DNA from: Blasia pusilla
Taxonomy: Eukaryota
Assembly: GCA_050084515.1 (NCBI GenBank)
Contig: CM114271.1
Coordinates: 8,556,001 to 8,620,000, forward strand
Length of the DNA: 64,000 bases
Direction: 5' to 3'
Part shown: positions 39,301-52,757 of the stretch, piece by piece
How the letters are laid out: the number at the start of each line of letters is the position of its first letter
How positions within the stretch are numbered: position 1 is the first letter of the stretch
Translations under genes and position numbers: made by a program
Notes under the pieces: generated by a model
What the model was told of the DNA's origin: nothing
Databases searched by the model: none
The model's input: the letters and a program-made list of their open reading frames with translations, nothing else

Positions 39301-41826
39301 TATGCTCATGTTCCTTCTGGAAGACGTCAGAAATTAGACCCCGAGTCTGAAAGATGTATCTTCATTGGCTACGCTGATGGAACTAAGGAATATAAGTGTT
39401 ACATTCTATCCACTACGCAACTTACTGTTAGTTGCAATGTTACCTTTGATGAGCTAAAGTTATGGTATGCTCCATCTGAGCCTGTTCCAGCTCTAACCTC
39501 GTTTGTTGAGGGGGAGAATATGACTATCAACCAACAGACATTGCCGACAAATTTCCCAAGTACTAGTGCATAATTACGAGAGGTCTTAGATTCATCCCTT
39601 AAATCTATCAGTCCATGGATGCGAAGAGTACATATTCAATCTGTTGATAGTAGTCAGAGCTCGAGTCAGGTGTTAGAGGCATCCACATCTAAAAAACAAC
39701 TTCGTAGATCAAATAGAGTCACATATCCTATTCATAGATTCATAAATGAAGGATTATTTGTGACATACCATGCATATATGATGATTACTCTTCAATGAAC
39801 AAGAGCCAAGTTATTTTGAAGAAGCTACAAGTAAGGTCGAATGGATTGAAGCTATGGAAGAAGAGATTGTTGCATTAAGACATCAACAAACCTTGGAGGA
39901 GGTTGATATACCTTATGGTAAGGAAGTTATTGGTTGGAAATGGATTTACAAAATCAAACGCAATGAAGATGGCATAGTAAATAGATACAAAGCCAAATTG
40001 ATGGCTAAGGGCTATGCACAACCATATGGCATTGATTAAGAAGACATATTTAGCCTTGTTGCAAAGATGGCAACTACGAGAATAGTGGTTGCAATTACAA
40101 TAATTAAGAAGTGGAGATTACATCATATGGACGTCAATAATGCCTTCTTGAATGGAGATCTATACGAGGAGATATATATGACTCATCCATCTGGATATGA
40201 GCATCTGGAGTTTCTATGTTGCGTATAGAGGTTGAAGAAAGCTCTATACGGGCTCAAACAAGCTCCAAGAGCTTGGTATAGCATGATTACATACGTCCTA
40301 CAAGAGTTGGGCTTTAGGGTATGTGATTATGACTCCTCGTTATATATCTTGAGATGACAAGATCATACGGTTATCATTATGTTGTATGTTGACGACCTCT
40401 TGATTATTGGGAATACTGAGGATATTGTATAACAAGTCAAGCTAAAGTTATAAGCATAATTTGATATGAAGGACTTGGGAGAACTCAAGTACTTCCTTGG
40501 TGTTGAGTTTATCAAGATTGGAGATAATATATGGTTATTACAATGACAAGATGCTCTTCACATGCTTTGAAAATATGATATGATGGCTTGTAAGCCAATC
40601 GCTACACCGTTGGACCAAAGTGTGAAGCTAAGAGTGGATGAAGGAGAGTTGCTTGTAGATTCTAATATGTAGAGGCCCATGGTTGGAAGTTTGATCTATC
40701 TTACTATAACCATGCGAGATTTGAGTTCCAGAGTTGGAATTGTGAGCCAATTTATGCAAGCATCTCGAAAAACTCAACTTAATATTGTGTAAGCCAATCT
40801 CTACATTTTTGGACCAAAGTGTGAAGCTTAGAGTGGATGAAGGAGAGTTGCTTGTAGATTCTAATATAGGGAGGCGCATCGTTGGAAGTTTGATGTATCT
40901 GACTATAACCATGCGAGATTTGAGTTTGAGTTCCATAGTTGGAGTTGTGAGCCAGTTTATGCAAGCATCTCGAAAACCTCACCTTAATATTGTGAGGAGG
41001 ATTATGCGATATGTGAAATTATTTTTTCAATTTGGGTTTCAATTTGAACCTTCTCAGAGTTTACAATTACAAGGATCCATAGATGCGGATTGGGCAGGAA
41101 GCGTGTCTAATAGACATTCCATATTTGGTTATTCAATTACCTTGGGAAGCGCAACTATGAGTTGGGCTTAAAAAAGCAAGCTACAGTTGCTTTATCTTCA
41201 ACAGAGGATGAATACATAGTAGCAACCAATGCAACATTTGAGGCGGTGTGGCTTTATCGATTACTTGTTGAGATTGGTGTTAGTAAGTTAGGACCTAGTA
41301 TAATAACCATGTATTTCCAGCTCGAACAAAGCATGTTGAGGTGTACTATCATTATATCAGAGAATAAGTGCTTGCATGAGAAATTGATCTTGTATATGTA
41401 AGTACAGATCAACAAATTGTTGATCTCTTTACAATGGTATTGTCTAGAAATAAGTTTGAGATGTTTAGAAACGATTTAGGCGTTAGAGATATGGATATGA
41501 GCTTGAGGGTGAGTATTGAAGACTGAGTTACAATCAAGCTCATCATACATCCGAACTCCTATATTTGGTACTCATACGAAGTAAGGAGCCTTAATCTTGG
41601 TTAGTCACTTAAGCGCGATTATCTTAACTAGGGTTAGTTAATCATAACTAGTCTAACTCGAGACTATGGTTAGGATATGGGTAAGGGTTGCTTGTACATA
41701 TCCTATATAGTTGAGAAGGGGACCATCCTCCACTCATTCTTTCATTCCAAAATTTTTTTCTCCATGATGTTGTATGAGTGTGAGAGTCGTATCCCACCAG
41801 TTATGCTTCTTTACCAGTTTTCTTCA
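36374..41826 (+). mobile_element. Ty1/copia retrotransposon, full-length but degenerate
   Basis: LTRs 36374-36683 and 41514-41826; PBS tggtatcagagc 36684; gag CCHC ~37990; protease IDSDASNHM; WHKRIRH; integrase; RT (KWIYKIK, YVDD); RNase H DADWAG; PPT ~41505-41513. Confidence 0.93.
40589..40993 (+). repeat. ~200-bp tandem duplication inside the copia pol
   Basis: tgtaagccaatc...cttaatattg starting at 40589 and 40788. Confidence 0.9.
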
Positions 41827-42519
41827 CCTATCAACTACTAACCCTTTATGTTCCCATCTCAAGTGGAACTCATCTCACACATATTTGCATGAGATGTTTG
41901 CATTTTTCAATCATGCATGATAATTTTCCTTATTCGAGTCCTTGACAAAAAATTTCAACAAAACCTTTCAAAATGGATGGGGATCCATATGCCTCAAACT
42001 ATATGACAATAGGTGGGAAGGAAGAAAATCGATCATACCTTGAGGCCATTCTTGCTTTTGAAGGATTACGTGATGCAAGTGGATAACTTTCTGATGGGGT
42101 GAATCATTGTGTGTGAAGTGGAGACGTCACAAGAACAAAAGTGAGATATGTGTGTATCTTTTTGTGGTGTATGATGATCTAATTGATGAGAGACGGGGAC
42201 CCTTACGAAGAAGCATAGAGAGTGTATGTGTAGAGGATAAACTCAAGGGTAATGAGGGCAGTGTTTTTGAAGATGAAATGAAAGATTCAAATGTACATGG
42301 ATAAGAGAGGGCGGAAGGGGAAAGCTAACCAAGGCCAAGATAGGAATGATGATATGCAAGATAGGATCTCAATTGCATCTATGGTTAAAGAGAGTGGTGA
42401 TGACTCCTCTATGGATGTGAACATTGAGGGGAACCTTGAGAAATGTGGTATGGAAGAGTATACTTGTAAAGGGGAAAGCATATTGTGTGTGTCCAAGAGG
42501 GCGATAGATTAGGGTAACA

Positions 42520-44794
42520 GTTCAAAGACCCTTTAATGTATCCAAATTAGGAAAATTAAATGCAAAATAACTCTATGACTCCTAAGGAATTGATGTATCT
42601 AGGCTGATCTCCTCACGTCAAGTCAAGGTTCATATTTGGCTCCTAAGTTAATATCGTACTTCTATAGGACTCTCTATCACAAGTGGTTTGGTTAGTATGG
42701 TGCGATCCTATCTCAAACAATAGAACTCGATTACTCCCTTATTGCCGTGGGCCTACTCCCCTTGAACGTCAATCTCTAGTGTTGCGGAAGCGTATGTTGA
42801 GTAGGACATGCTCTCACTGTTGAGCTGCACCCAAACACACTCACGTTAGTTTGATTTGGTTCAATCAACCTTCCAACCCACCAAGTTCTCAACTCAACAC
42901 TTCATCAAGCTTAAACTTCATAGTTCCTCAGTTCCCAACACAGCCAAGTCTTCTGAGACTTGGGACACACTTTATGGATAGTCCGGGCATCTAAAACGGC
43001 GCCTACATGCGTAGCACTCCCAACTGTCCAATAGATCTTGCATAAGCCCCTAACAAAGATCCACTTAAGTGAGTTGTAGGTTTGAATCCAAAAGTGGCCT
43101 CTAAAATCCACTCTATTGGACTTGGTTCGCGTTTCGAATCCCAATGCCAAACTTCCGATCCATTTTTTGCCCTTGGTTTGCCCTGCGGCGCCCCAAAGTG
43201 GTGTTTGAGTCTCAAGCATTCTTGGACACCTTCCCCCTTAGTAGTACTTGTGGGGCTCTCCGCCCTTTCCCTATCTTTTGAGAAAAGACTCTCAAGCCTT
43301 GCTTTTTGGCCCTCAACCTAACTCCCCATACCATCGTCTGCAGGTGGTTTCTCAACCTCTTATTGTAAATTTGCTAATATCTTTAAAGCATTGGAACTGA
43401 ATTTGCATAAGTTTTCCAAAAATATCTTAATAGTCCCAAAACCATCTTGGGACTAAAAGTTATGGTCCAAAATATAGTCAAAACCCCAAACGCTAGTCAC
43501 ATTCTAAATCCGGTTCTCACCTCTTTAGCAACCACTCTTCCTAAACTCAGCTCCTCACAAGTCTTGCTCATATTTGGTTGAGTTTTCCTAATTGTGACCA
43601 TAGATATATGAAATGCTCAACCTTGTTTGTGTCTCAACCTTGTTCCTCCAATGCCCAAACCATCATAGTGTGAGCCCACTAGAGTGTTGATGTTCCGCTT
43701 GGCGCTCGTTTGGTTATAAGGGTCATGACACTTGTAGCCAACTTGGACATATGATCTCATATTGCTCCTCGATGGGTAGGACCATTAACCATGCTCGTTG
43801 TTTTGGTTTTCATCTCTATTTTGGTGTACATGCAACATATCCCAAGAAGTCCAAGGGTGTATGTCCCACTTACCTTTGATGTATTGATGTCTTCGGATCT
43901 CACCCCTAGCCACTTCCTCAACCATCTTTGTAGGCATGGGGCTACCAAATGCAAAAGAAGTAAGCTATCACAATCGTATCCAACAATACTCAACTACTCC
44001 TAAGCTGAGAATCCATAACAAGTAGTTATGGTCCATCGCATGATCCAAGACATGATGTTGGGATGTCTCTGATAAAAACAATATTGCTATCACTCTTGTG
44101 GTGAACCCCATCGCCCACTCTCTATCATAAGCGTTGGGCTCCACCAACCGTTGTGCCTAGTCATCCCAAAACAAGCAAGCACTTATATGCAGAGGAAGCG
44201 GAAAAATTGACAAACTTTGGAAAGGCTATGCGTGACATGCTAATCTTGTTGGCCATCGTCGATACAATTTGATTATTGCACCTCATTTCTTGTGATCAAC
44301 GTTTTGGATCCAAAATGGAATCCACCAAAAAATGGAAGGGACGCTTCACTCTTACATATGCCCTCCTCAACATCTTGTGTGGCACCAAGTTGGTCCACCA
44401 TAGACACACGCGGTGTGCTCGTGAACCACACTCGCCGCATCCAAAAATATTTTTGGGTTGGTCCATGCAAGAATATGATGTGCACTAATCACCACTCGTG
44501 ATTAGTGCCCAAGATGGATACATTCTCCAAAATATAACGTGGAGTGGGATTGATGTTTTTGCTAATGCCGCAAGATCCTCATCATCTCCCAAAGAACTTG
44601 GAGTGAAGTTAGCCAAACAACCACCTCATCCAACACTTGATTAGCCTTGACGCGGCTAATTTAGAATGACCAAATTAATGGTCCCTGTCCGATCCAAGTC
44701 CTACAACCCCAACAAGAAATATCCCTCGATATGGAACTTTGATAATCCTATACCACTGAGACAAGAACCGAGTCAAGAAGTTGTGCCACATATT
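42520..44794 (-). mobile_element. Family M copy 2, 3' half (MTase motifs III-X and RT start), inverted
   Basis: Reverse complement is collinear with ~12480-13745; contains PRQG (44644-44655) and YILENV (~44519-44536). Confidence 0.85.
42743..43730 (-). mobile_element. Family A solo LTR
   Basis: TG...CA termini; TSD CTTAT/CTTGT. Confidence 0.85.
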
Positions 44795-45430
44795 TTTCAT
44801 GACCCTCATAACCAAACATGCACTGATGTGAAACATCAAGACTCTAGTAGGCTCATATTAGGATGGATATTCGTTGGAGAAGTCTCTTGAAGGAGTCATG
44901 AGATGTGAGATATGAATAAGGTTGAGCGTTTCATGTGTTAACAATCGCAACTCAAGAAATATATACCAACTGCAAACTAAGACTTGAGAAGAGTCGAGTC
45001 TAAAACGAGTGGGTGACCAAATAGGATGAGAACCGAAATTGAAACTTGATTAGCATTTTAGGATTTAATGTGTTTTAGGTCATAACGACCAGATCCAAGA
45101 TGTGTTTGGGACAAATAATATGGCGTTGGTAAGCTTATGTAAATACAATTCCAACCTCAAGATCCCAACACACCAAAGATCTAAAAAAATGCATGAGTAG
45201 AGACCAATAAACTATCCAAAAACTACCGGAAGGATAGTTGGATTAAGAGCCAAAAGCAACGGCCCAAGAGTACTTTCCCAAATATAGGGGAAGCGAGAGA
45301 ACCAAACAAGTATATAGAAAGGGGAGGATATCCAAGGATGCTTGGGATGTGAACTCCATTTGGAGAGCCATAGGATGAACCAAGGACATATAATGGGTCG
45401 GGGATTGGCGTTGGAGTGTGAACACCAAGC
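44795..45430 (+). repeat. Family A solo LTR, second part (inverted relative to 35994-36373)
   Basis: Homologous to ~51082-51715; ends CAAGC, the reverse complement of GCTTG. Confidence 0.8.
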
Positions 45431-46431
45431 TGTAGAAAATTGCTAAAAAAGCACTCACAAACCATCACGGAGAATGAAATTTTGCAATGAAATATTAAGT
45501 TGGGGATGGTCCCCTTTTCAATTATATAGGTTATGTATAAGAAACCCAAATCCTAATCTTAACCATAGTCTTGAGTTAGACTAATTATGATTAACTTATC
45601 CTAGTTAAGATAATCGCGCTTAAGTGACTAACCAAGATTAAGGCTCCCTACTTCGTATGAGTACCAAATGTAGGAGTTCGGATGTCTAATGAGTTTGATT
45701 GTAACTCAATCTTCAATACTCCCCCTCAAGCTCATATCCATATCTCTAACGCCTTAATCATTTTTAAACATCTTAAACTTATCTCGAGACAATACCTTTG
45801 TAAGGATATCAGCAATTTGTTGATCTGTACATACATACACAAGATCAATTTCTCCTACAAGCACTTATTCTCTGATAAAATGATAGTGCACTCAACATGC
45901 TTTGTTTGAGCTTGAAACACATGATTATTAGTAAGTTTTATGCTACTAATATTGTCTGCGTATATTATACTAGGTCCTAAGTTACTTACATCAATCTCAA
46001 CAAGTAATCGATGAAGCCACACCACCTTACATATTGCATTGGTTGCTTATATGTATTCACCCTCTATTGAAGATAAAGCAAATGTAGCTTGCTTTTTGAA
46101 GCCCTACTTATAGTTGCGCTTCCCAAAGTAAGGGAATAACCAGATGTGGAATGTCTATTAGACACACTTTTTGCCCAATCCGCATCTATGAATCCTTGTA
46201 ATTGTAAACTCTGAGAAGGTTCAAATTGAAGCCAAAATTGAACAAATAATTTCACATATCGCATAATCTTCCTCACAATATTAAGATGAGGTTTTCAAGA
46301 TGCATGCATAAACTAGCTCACAATTCCAACTCTGGAACTCAAACCTGGTGTGGTTATAGTCAAATAGATTAAACTTACAACCATGCGCCTCTACATATTA
46401 GAATCTACAAACAACTCTTCTTCATCCACTA

Positions 46432-48976
46432 TTTGGCACTCATTGGCGAAGAGTCCTCCTTGGCGAAGAGTCCTCCAAAGCATTATATATCCTTCTACTC
46501 CTATTCTTAATATACCTTCCCGTTTTGTGAAGACTCTTTGACTTCTTCTGCTTCTTCTTCTTCCTTCTTTGAGTTATTAGTCTGTGCTCTCGAGTCTTCT
46601 CTCTTCGTTCTTCATTCTTTGAACCCAATCTTTGCACAAAGACTACCTTCATTCTTCTTTGCAAAGAAGCTTTTTCCAGTCTTCGTTAACAGTCTTTTAC
46701 ATTGTTCTTACTGCGGTCTTCCTTGCGAAGCACCTACGCATCTTCCTCTAACTTCTTTGCCTATCTTTCCTTACTTTTATACAATTCTCACTCTTCCAAG
46801 ACAATCCTCGATCTTCTAACATCTTTTGTCCTCTCATCAAAGTTATGTCAGTCAATGTTTTCACAAAATTTCAATAAAGTAAGACTCTTTACTTCCGGTA
46901 TTGAGTCTATAGTCTTCGCTCAAGCAAGACTTCTGTAGCAAAATTGATTTTTCTGTCAAAATTTCAAAAAAGGGCACTACATACCTCCTCACTCAAATGT
47001 GAGCGGTCCTGGTGAACACTCTTCTCGGTTCTACTCTACTACCGCAATGTTCCCAAGGACTCATATCATCTGGCAATTCTACAATTTCTACATCAAGGGG
47101 AGGTCGGCCAAGAATGGTCGATGGTCGGTTGACAATATTTGGCGTGTTGTTATTCATCCTCTCCCTCTACCCTGCTATTGCCTTCGAAGAACTTAATACT
47201 TCGTTCTACACTCTTACCTCCAAAAGTAAGAAAAATGCTATGGGCGGTTCCCGTAAACATGGTGGTTCTGCCACGTCAGGTAATGCAGTATTATGTTGCT
47301 CAAACTGCCTCTTCCAATGCTCGTCGACATACTCCAGCTCCTCCGTGATTTGGGCTTCAAAATTTTGGATTGCCTCGTTGATTAGATCGTGGGCCTCTTC
47401 TGGTTCTTCGTGTACCTCTGCCCTAAGTTTATGATCGGCCTCCAGCATTGCTATCTTCACTGTTGCTTGGCTTCATTGAGATACCAAGTCATTGTTCTTC
47501 TGTTGCTGATCCATAATCAGCTTCCCCTTCTTCATACTCTCCAACATCACACTTTGCAGAGTGGCTTGGAGAAGATCAATCTGCTCTTGCAACTTCTTTG
47601 TGTGAAGCACAGAATGTTGTAATTGCACAAAGAGCTGATCCGCTCCGTGCTCGATGTCAGTCGCCAAGCTCTCCCATTGTTGAGCATTACGCGCTTCATA
47701 CCGGGCTTCCACCACTTATGCTTCCGCCCGACAAAGAGCCTTCTTAAGTTCTTCAATTTCCTTCTCGTGCGCACGATTCTGTCTTTCCATGGACTCGTTG
47801 ATCATCCTCACCATCTGAGTAAGCTGCAAGTTCATGAGGACTACCATGTAATCCTATATTGGCGCATGGTCAGGCAAGTTCCCGATCTTCTTTAACTCTT
47901 CAATAACCAGTTTGGCGACTCCCAATAACAAAGTCAAATGCCTCAAGGTCGTATGCACAAGCTGCACTGCCAAACTGTTCCCCAAGCTTGAAGGGACTAC
48001 TACTGGTTCTATTGCATTGAACACGAATGTTTCCGCGGCCTCTACTTCTTTTTCTTCCTCTTCCGGTGCTTTGATTATGACCCTCTTGGATCTTGGTACA
48101 TCAGGCGATTGTGAGGGCGGCCAGGACGAAGATGCTTCCGCGGGCCTCTGCCTAGTTCTTGGCACACTTTGAGATGTTGTCGCTGATGTTACTGTTGTTG
48201 CTTCTTGAGTACCGGAAGCAGATGCTTCGGTTGTCTTTGGCCTTCGAGTTGGGATAGCCGTGACCCACTCCGTAGACTCGTTACGGTGAATTTCCCCGAC
48301 TTGGAGTTACAAATGAATTAAGAAGGGAGAGCGATAAGACTTCTCTATCGGTGTTAAAGCTCCTATCAAATCGATGACATAGGCATGCACCAGCCCCGCA
48401 AAGTCTACTCCTGGCTCTTCGGGCTGCAGATGCATATTTCATAGAGTATAATATTGCTTCACAAGCTTATTACTCATATAATAGGTCCTACGAGGATTGA
48501 ACATAACTTGGTATAACTTACAAAATTTTGCGAATAGAGGAGGACTCAACATTTGCGGCTTGAAGCCGTTCCTGCCTAATCGTTTTGCTGTGACACACCC
48601 AAGTTCTTCAAGCTCCTCCTGTGATACAAGAGCATCACCGTCCAGTTCTTCTTCAGGAGACACGAGAAGCTCATATGCGATACACCATAAATTGGCGGAC
48701 CAAGTATCCGGATGCGCCCAACATTTGTAATCCTTCTTGCCAAATTCAATCACCTTGGAGCTTGAATGTAGCTGCGCAAGTAACCCCACCAAAGACTACG
48801 ACCATTTGGCTCCAAAGAACTACCACAAAGATCTCTCCTCCAAGGCTTCGCGTAGTTCATTCGAAATACCTAACGCTGGATACACCCGCACTTCATGAGA
48901 GCCATGTCCTCCTTCCGACCCGGGTCTGCCTGCTCCCAACCCATGTCTTCCTGCTTCCGATCCTCTCACTTGGCTT
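46432..48976 (-). mobile_element. Family B-related fragment: accessory ORF, PPT and partial LTR
   Basis: Reverse complement ctcacatttgagtgaggaggta|TGTAG matches 8750-8775; ORFs 47206-48792 are homologous to 7516-8775 and 60940-62130. Confidence 0.8.
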
Positions 48977-51081
48977 TCAAAAAATATATTCATATATACC
49001 TAGAGAAATCATCGTTAAAAAAACAAAGTACCGGCAACTACTAAGGCTATGTTGTGATGTTGTCCACACATCAGTGTGAATCAACTCCAATATCTTGGAT
49101 GCTCTTCTACCTTGCTTTGGAAATGGAAATCTAGTTTGTTTCCCAAATTGGCAAGCAGGACAAACCTCTAACGTAACAAGACTCGCTAATTTAGGAAGTT
49201 CTATTACTATACTAGATAATGAAAGACTCAGTAATCTTTGAAGATTCATAAGCCCAGTTCTCTTATGCCACATTTTTAGATCTACGACTTGTTTAAATAT
49301 ATGTCAGTTTGACCATACACTGTTGTTTGAATCGCTACTATAGAAATATCTAATTTGAATATTATGCCAGATCTAGTTACTTTGGTTGACATAGTATGGT
49401 CATCCATTCTTTCAACGAAACAACCATTTGCGTTCAACTTCACTTGATAACCATGTTTTCTATCTCTAAAATAGAGATCAAATTTCTTGCAACGGTAGGA
49501 ACATAAAGAACATTTCCAATAACGCAAAGACCATTTGATGCTATTGGAACTTTATCGATATGCATGATATGATGTTGAGTATCATCTCATGTAAGCACTA
49601 TTGTAGGATCTTTGACTGGCTCCATACTACTTAACCATTTAACTTGTGAGATCATGTAATTTGGTGCACTAGAGTCAATGTACCAAAGAACTGTCAAGTC
49701 TTCATTGACAATTGTTCCCATATGTTGACTCATGACCAAAAGGTGCTAAGTTTGTAAAAGTTGATCTTCTTAATACTGCCCTTGGTGTTGTTGCTCCACA
49801 TAGTTTTGTTGTTGGAAGGCTCATATTCTCATATCTACCATCTTTTTGAAGAGAAACTTTTATAGTGATTCTTTATCCCACAGTAATTACGAGATCCAGG
49901 GACCCTCCGTTGCTGACCTAAACCCTAACGGTTTCCATCATCACCACCTTATGATTATGTTTGGTATTGGTTTGCAATTGATTGAGTGAAGTTATGTTGA
50001 GCGGCTCTTCCTCCATATGCTTGATATCCTCCACGACCATGAAAGCTTCTATCACGTCCTTTCCCTCCGTTTGATCCATTACATGCAAATAGGCCACTCT
50101 CTTGCATACTAGATGAGGTACCGCTGCCTACTAGGCACATGTCCTCACTAATTAAAAGTGGGACTAACTCTTGAAAGGTTGGATACTTCTCTCTCATAGA
50201 GATAGAGGTCTCAAAAGACTTCTTATCCTTTGGAAGTCCTTGAAGAGTGAACAAAACTATATCATAGTCTTCTACTTCCACTCCAATGCTATTCAACTCA
50301 TCAACAATATGTCTGATACTCAACATATAATGATTGATGCTTTGCAATCCTTTCCTCACTTCATTCAATTGCTCTTTCAATCGAAGCTTTTTGCCCTTTG
50401 TAGATATTTGGAATAACTTTTCTAACCCATTCCAGGCCTCCTTCGGAATATCAACATCTTGAATGCGACCAATGATCGGCGAACTGATCGTTATTGAAAT
50501 AAAATGGATTACTTGCCTCGTGTCTTATGATTACCCTAGAAGCGTTAATTCCAAGCGCGAACATTCAAGTCTGTTGAGTCACCTTTTGGTTTGGCCTCAT
50601 GACCTGTAATAAGATCCCATAGTTCTTAACCCATGAGAAATTATTTCATGGGAAACTTTCAAACATTGTAATTCTGCTTATGTAGCTTCTCACATGTGAT
50701 TGCTCTTGAGGAAAGTTCCATGAAAAATGATTTTATTCGAAAAGTATCATTTCAAGTTCTTCACTTTCTCCAAGTGAAACAAAGACCTCTCCTAGAGAGA
50801 AATAGACCTCAAATGTTCCAAAATTGATCAATTATATGGAAGAACTAATCAAGATGGGCTTGTAGAGAGCAAGTAGCACAACTTTCATTTACTAATCATA
50901 CTTTCAAACATAAAAATTGCTATTGCAGGAGTTCGGAAGGTCAGAATCGAGTGATTTTGGATGCATAGAAAAGCTCTCAAAGAGCTATAAATAATATTTA
51001 GAACAAGCCTTTGACATTTTTATAACTTTCCTGGATCCAGATTGCTAAACTGATCGAGGAAACCCCAAAAAATACCTCCAA

Positions 51082-52098
51082 TGTCGTGACCCTCATAACC
51101 AAACAACACCAAATACGCGCCAAGCGAAACATCAGAACTCAAAGGAACTCACGCCGCGAGGTTTGCGCTTTGGAGAGGCGTTTGGAAGAGTCTCTTGGAA
51201 AAGTCTAAGAGACGAAACGTGGAACAGAGGTGTGCGTTTCATGCGTTAGTGGTCGCGACCAGGAAACCTAGACCAAACGCGAGCCGAGACTTGAGATGAG
51301 TTGAGTCTTGGAGGTTGGTTGCCAAAGAGGTGAGAACCAGTTTGGAACATGACTAGCGTTTGGGAGAATCTGACTGTGTTTAGGACCATAACGTTGAGCT
51401 CCGAGATGCGTTCGGGACAACTAAGGGCGCGTTGGAAAGCTGATCTTGAGACGCTTCCAACGCACCAAAGATCTCAGCAAACGCATAATTACAGGCTGAG
51501 ATATTGGCCGAAAATGATTCAGAGAGCAATCGGGTTGAGGGCCAGTGGAGGGGCCCGGTGTCTTTCCTAAATGTAGGGGGCCCCGGAGATCCCCAGAAGT
51601 ACTAGTAAGGGGAGTACCTTCTCGAGATGTCTCGGGAAACGAAACCCCACTTTGGGCGCCAAACGGCGTTTGAGGCACGGATGAAACGGGAGTTTGGCGC
51701 GGAAACCCAAACCCAAACCTGATCCAAGGAGTGGACTTTGTACGCCACACTTGGATTCCAACCGAGATTCACTTCATGCGAGTCTTGGTGAGGAACTCAT
51801 TGGATGTTCATCGGACGATTGGAACCGCTAAGCGCGAAACGCCGTTTCAGTTCCCTGAACCGACTGAAAAGTCATCCCAAGTCTTTCGAGACTTGCCCAT
51901 GTTGGAAAGCTGAAACTAGGAAGGTTGAGCTTGAAGAGAGAGTCCGAGACGAGAACTCGGAAAGTAATTCGCTGATTGATCCAAGACCCGACTAACCGGT
52001 GCGTGTTTGGATGCGGATCGGCGTTGAGAGCGTGACCTCATCAACGCACGCTTCCGCAACAAACAAGATTAACGTTCAAGGAGAGTAGGCGAACGACA
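51082..52098 (+). mobile_element. Family A solo LTR, youngest-looking copy
   Basis: TGTC...GACA termini; perfect TSD TCCAA at 51077-51081 and 52099-52103. Confidence 0.95.
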
Positions 52099-52695
52099 TC
52101 CAAAGTCTTGTCACCGTCATAGCTCCACCTGAAATCTTATGCTATTAAGCTCTGATTGAGATTTTGTTCTCCAAACCATAAATTATGCCTTATCTTGCCT
52201 CTGTTCTTTTTTGAAACACCGAGAATCTCGATTGATGTTCTCCTATTGCTTTGATACCAAGTAGAAAACTGTTAAAGAAGCATAAATAGTGGAATATGAC
52301 TCTCACACTCACACACCACCAAGGAGAACGAAATTTTGCAATGAGAGAATGAGTGGTTCCCTTCTCAATTATATAAGGTATGTACAAGCTATCCTAACCC
52401 TAATCCTAACCATAGTCTTGAGTTAGACTAACTTTGATTAAATAATATTAGTTAAGATAATCACGCTTAACTGACTAATCAAGATTAAGTTTCCATACTT
52501 CCTTTGAGTACCAATATAGCAGTTCGGGTGTTTGATGAGCTTGAGTATAGTTCATTCTTGAATCCGCCTGTAATACATCGTCTATCATGAACACAGGTCT
52601 AAGATCCATCTAACTATGAATATTAACATATTTACAAATGAATGACTAGACAACCCCAATGCATTGGGGTTGTTTAGTACATTGTGTACATTGTG

Positions 52696-52757
52696 CCCCC
52701 ACCCCCCCCCCTTCCCCCCCAGCTAGTGGTTAGGTCCCTCTAACTCTTGATAGGCTA
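52696..52757 (-). repeat. Family M 3' end/PPT fragment with expanded G-tract
   Basis: Reverse complement gagttagagggacctaaccactagctgggggg matches ~16799-16831. Confidence 0.7.

Larger units (their letters stand above)
45431..52564 (-). mobile_element. Ty1/copia element of the same family as 36374-41826, with an internal deletion and nested insertions
   Basis: LTRs 45431-45718 and ~52260-52564; PPT 45719-45727; PBS 52248-52259; RNase H DADWA (46064-46276); integrase and gag at 48977-50720. Confidence 0.88.

Noticed and set aside
41830-42510. Possible DNA-transposon coding relic (acidic peptide)
   Set aside because: No diagnostic motif recognisable by eye
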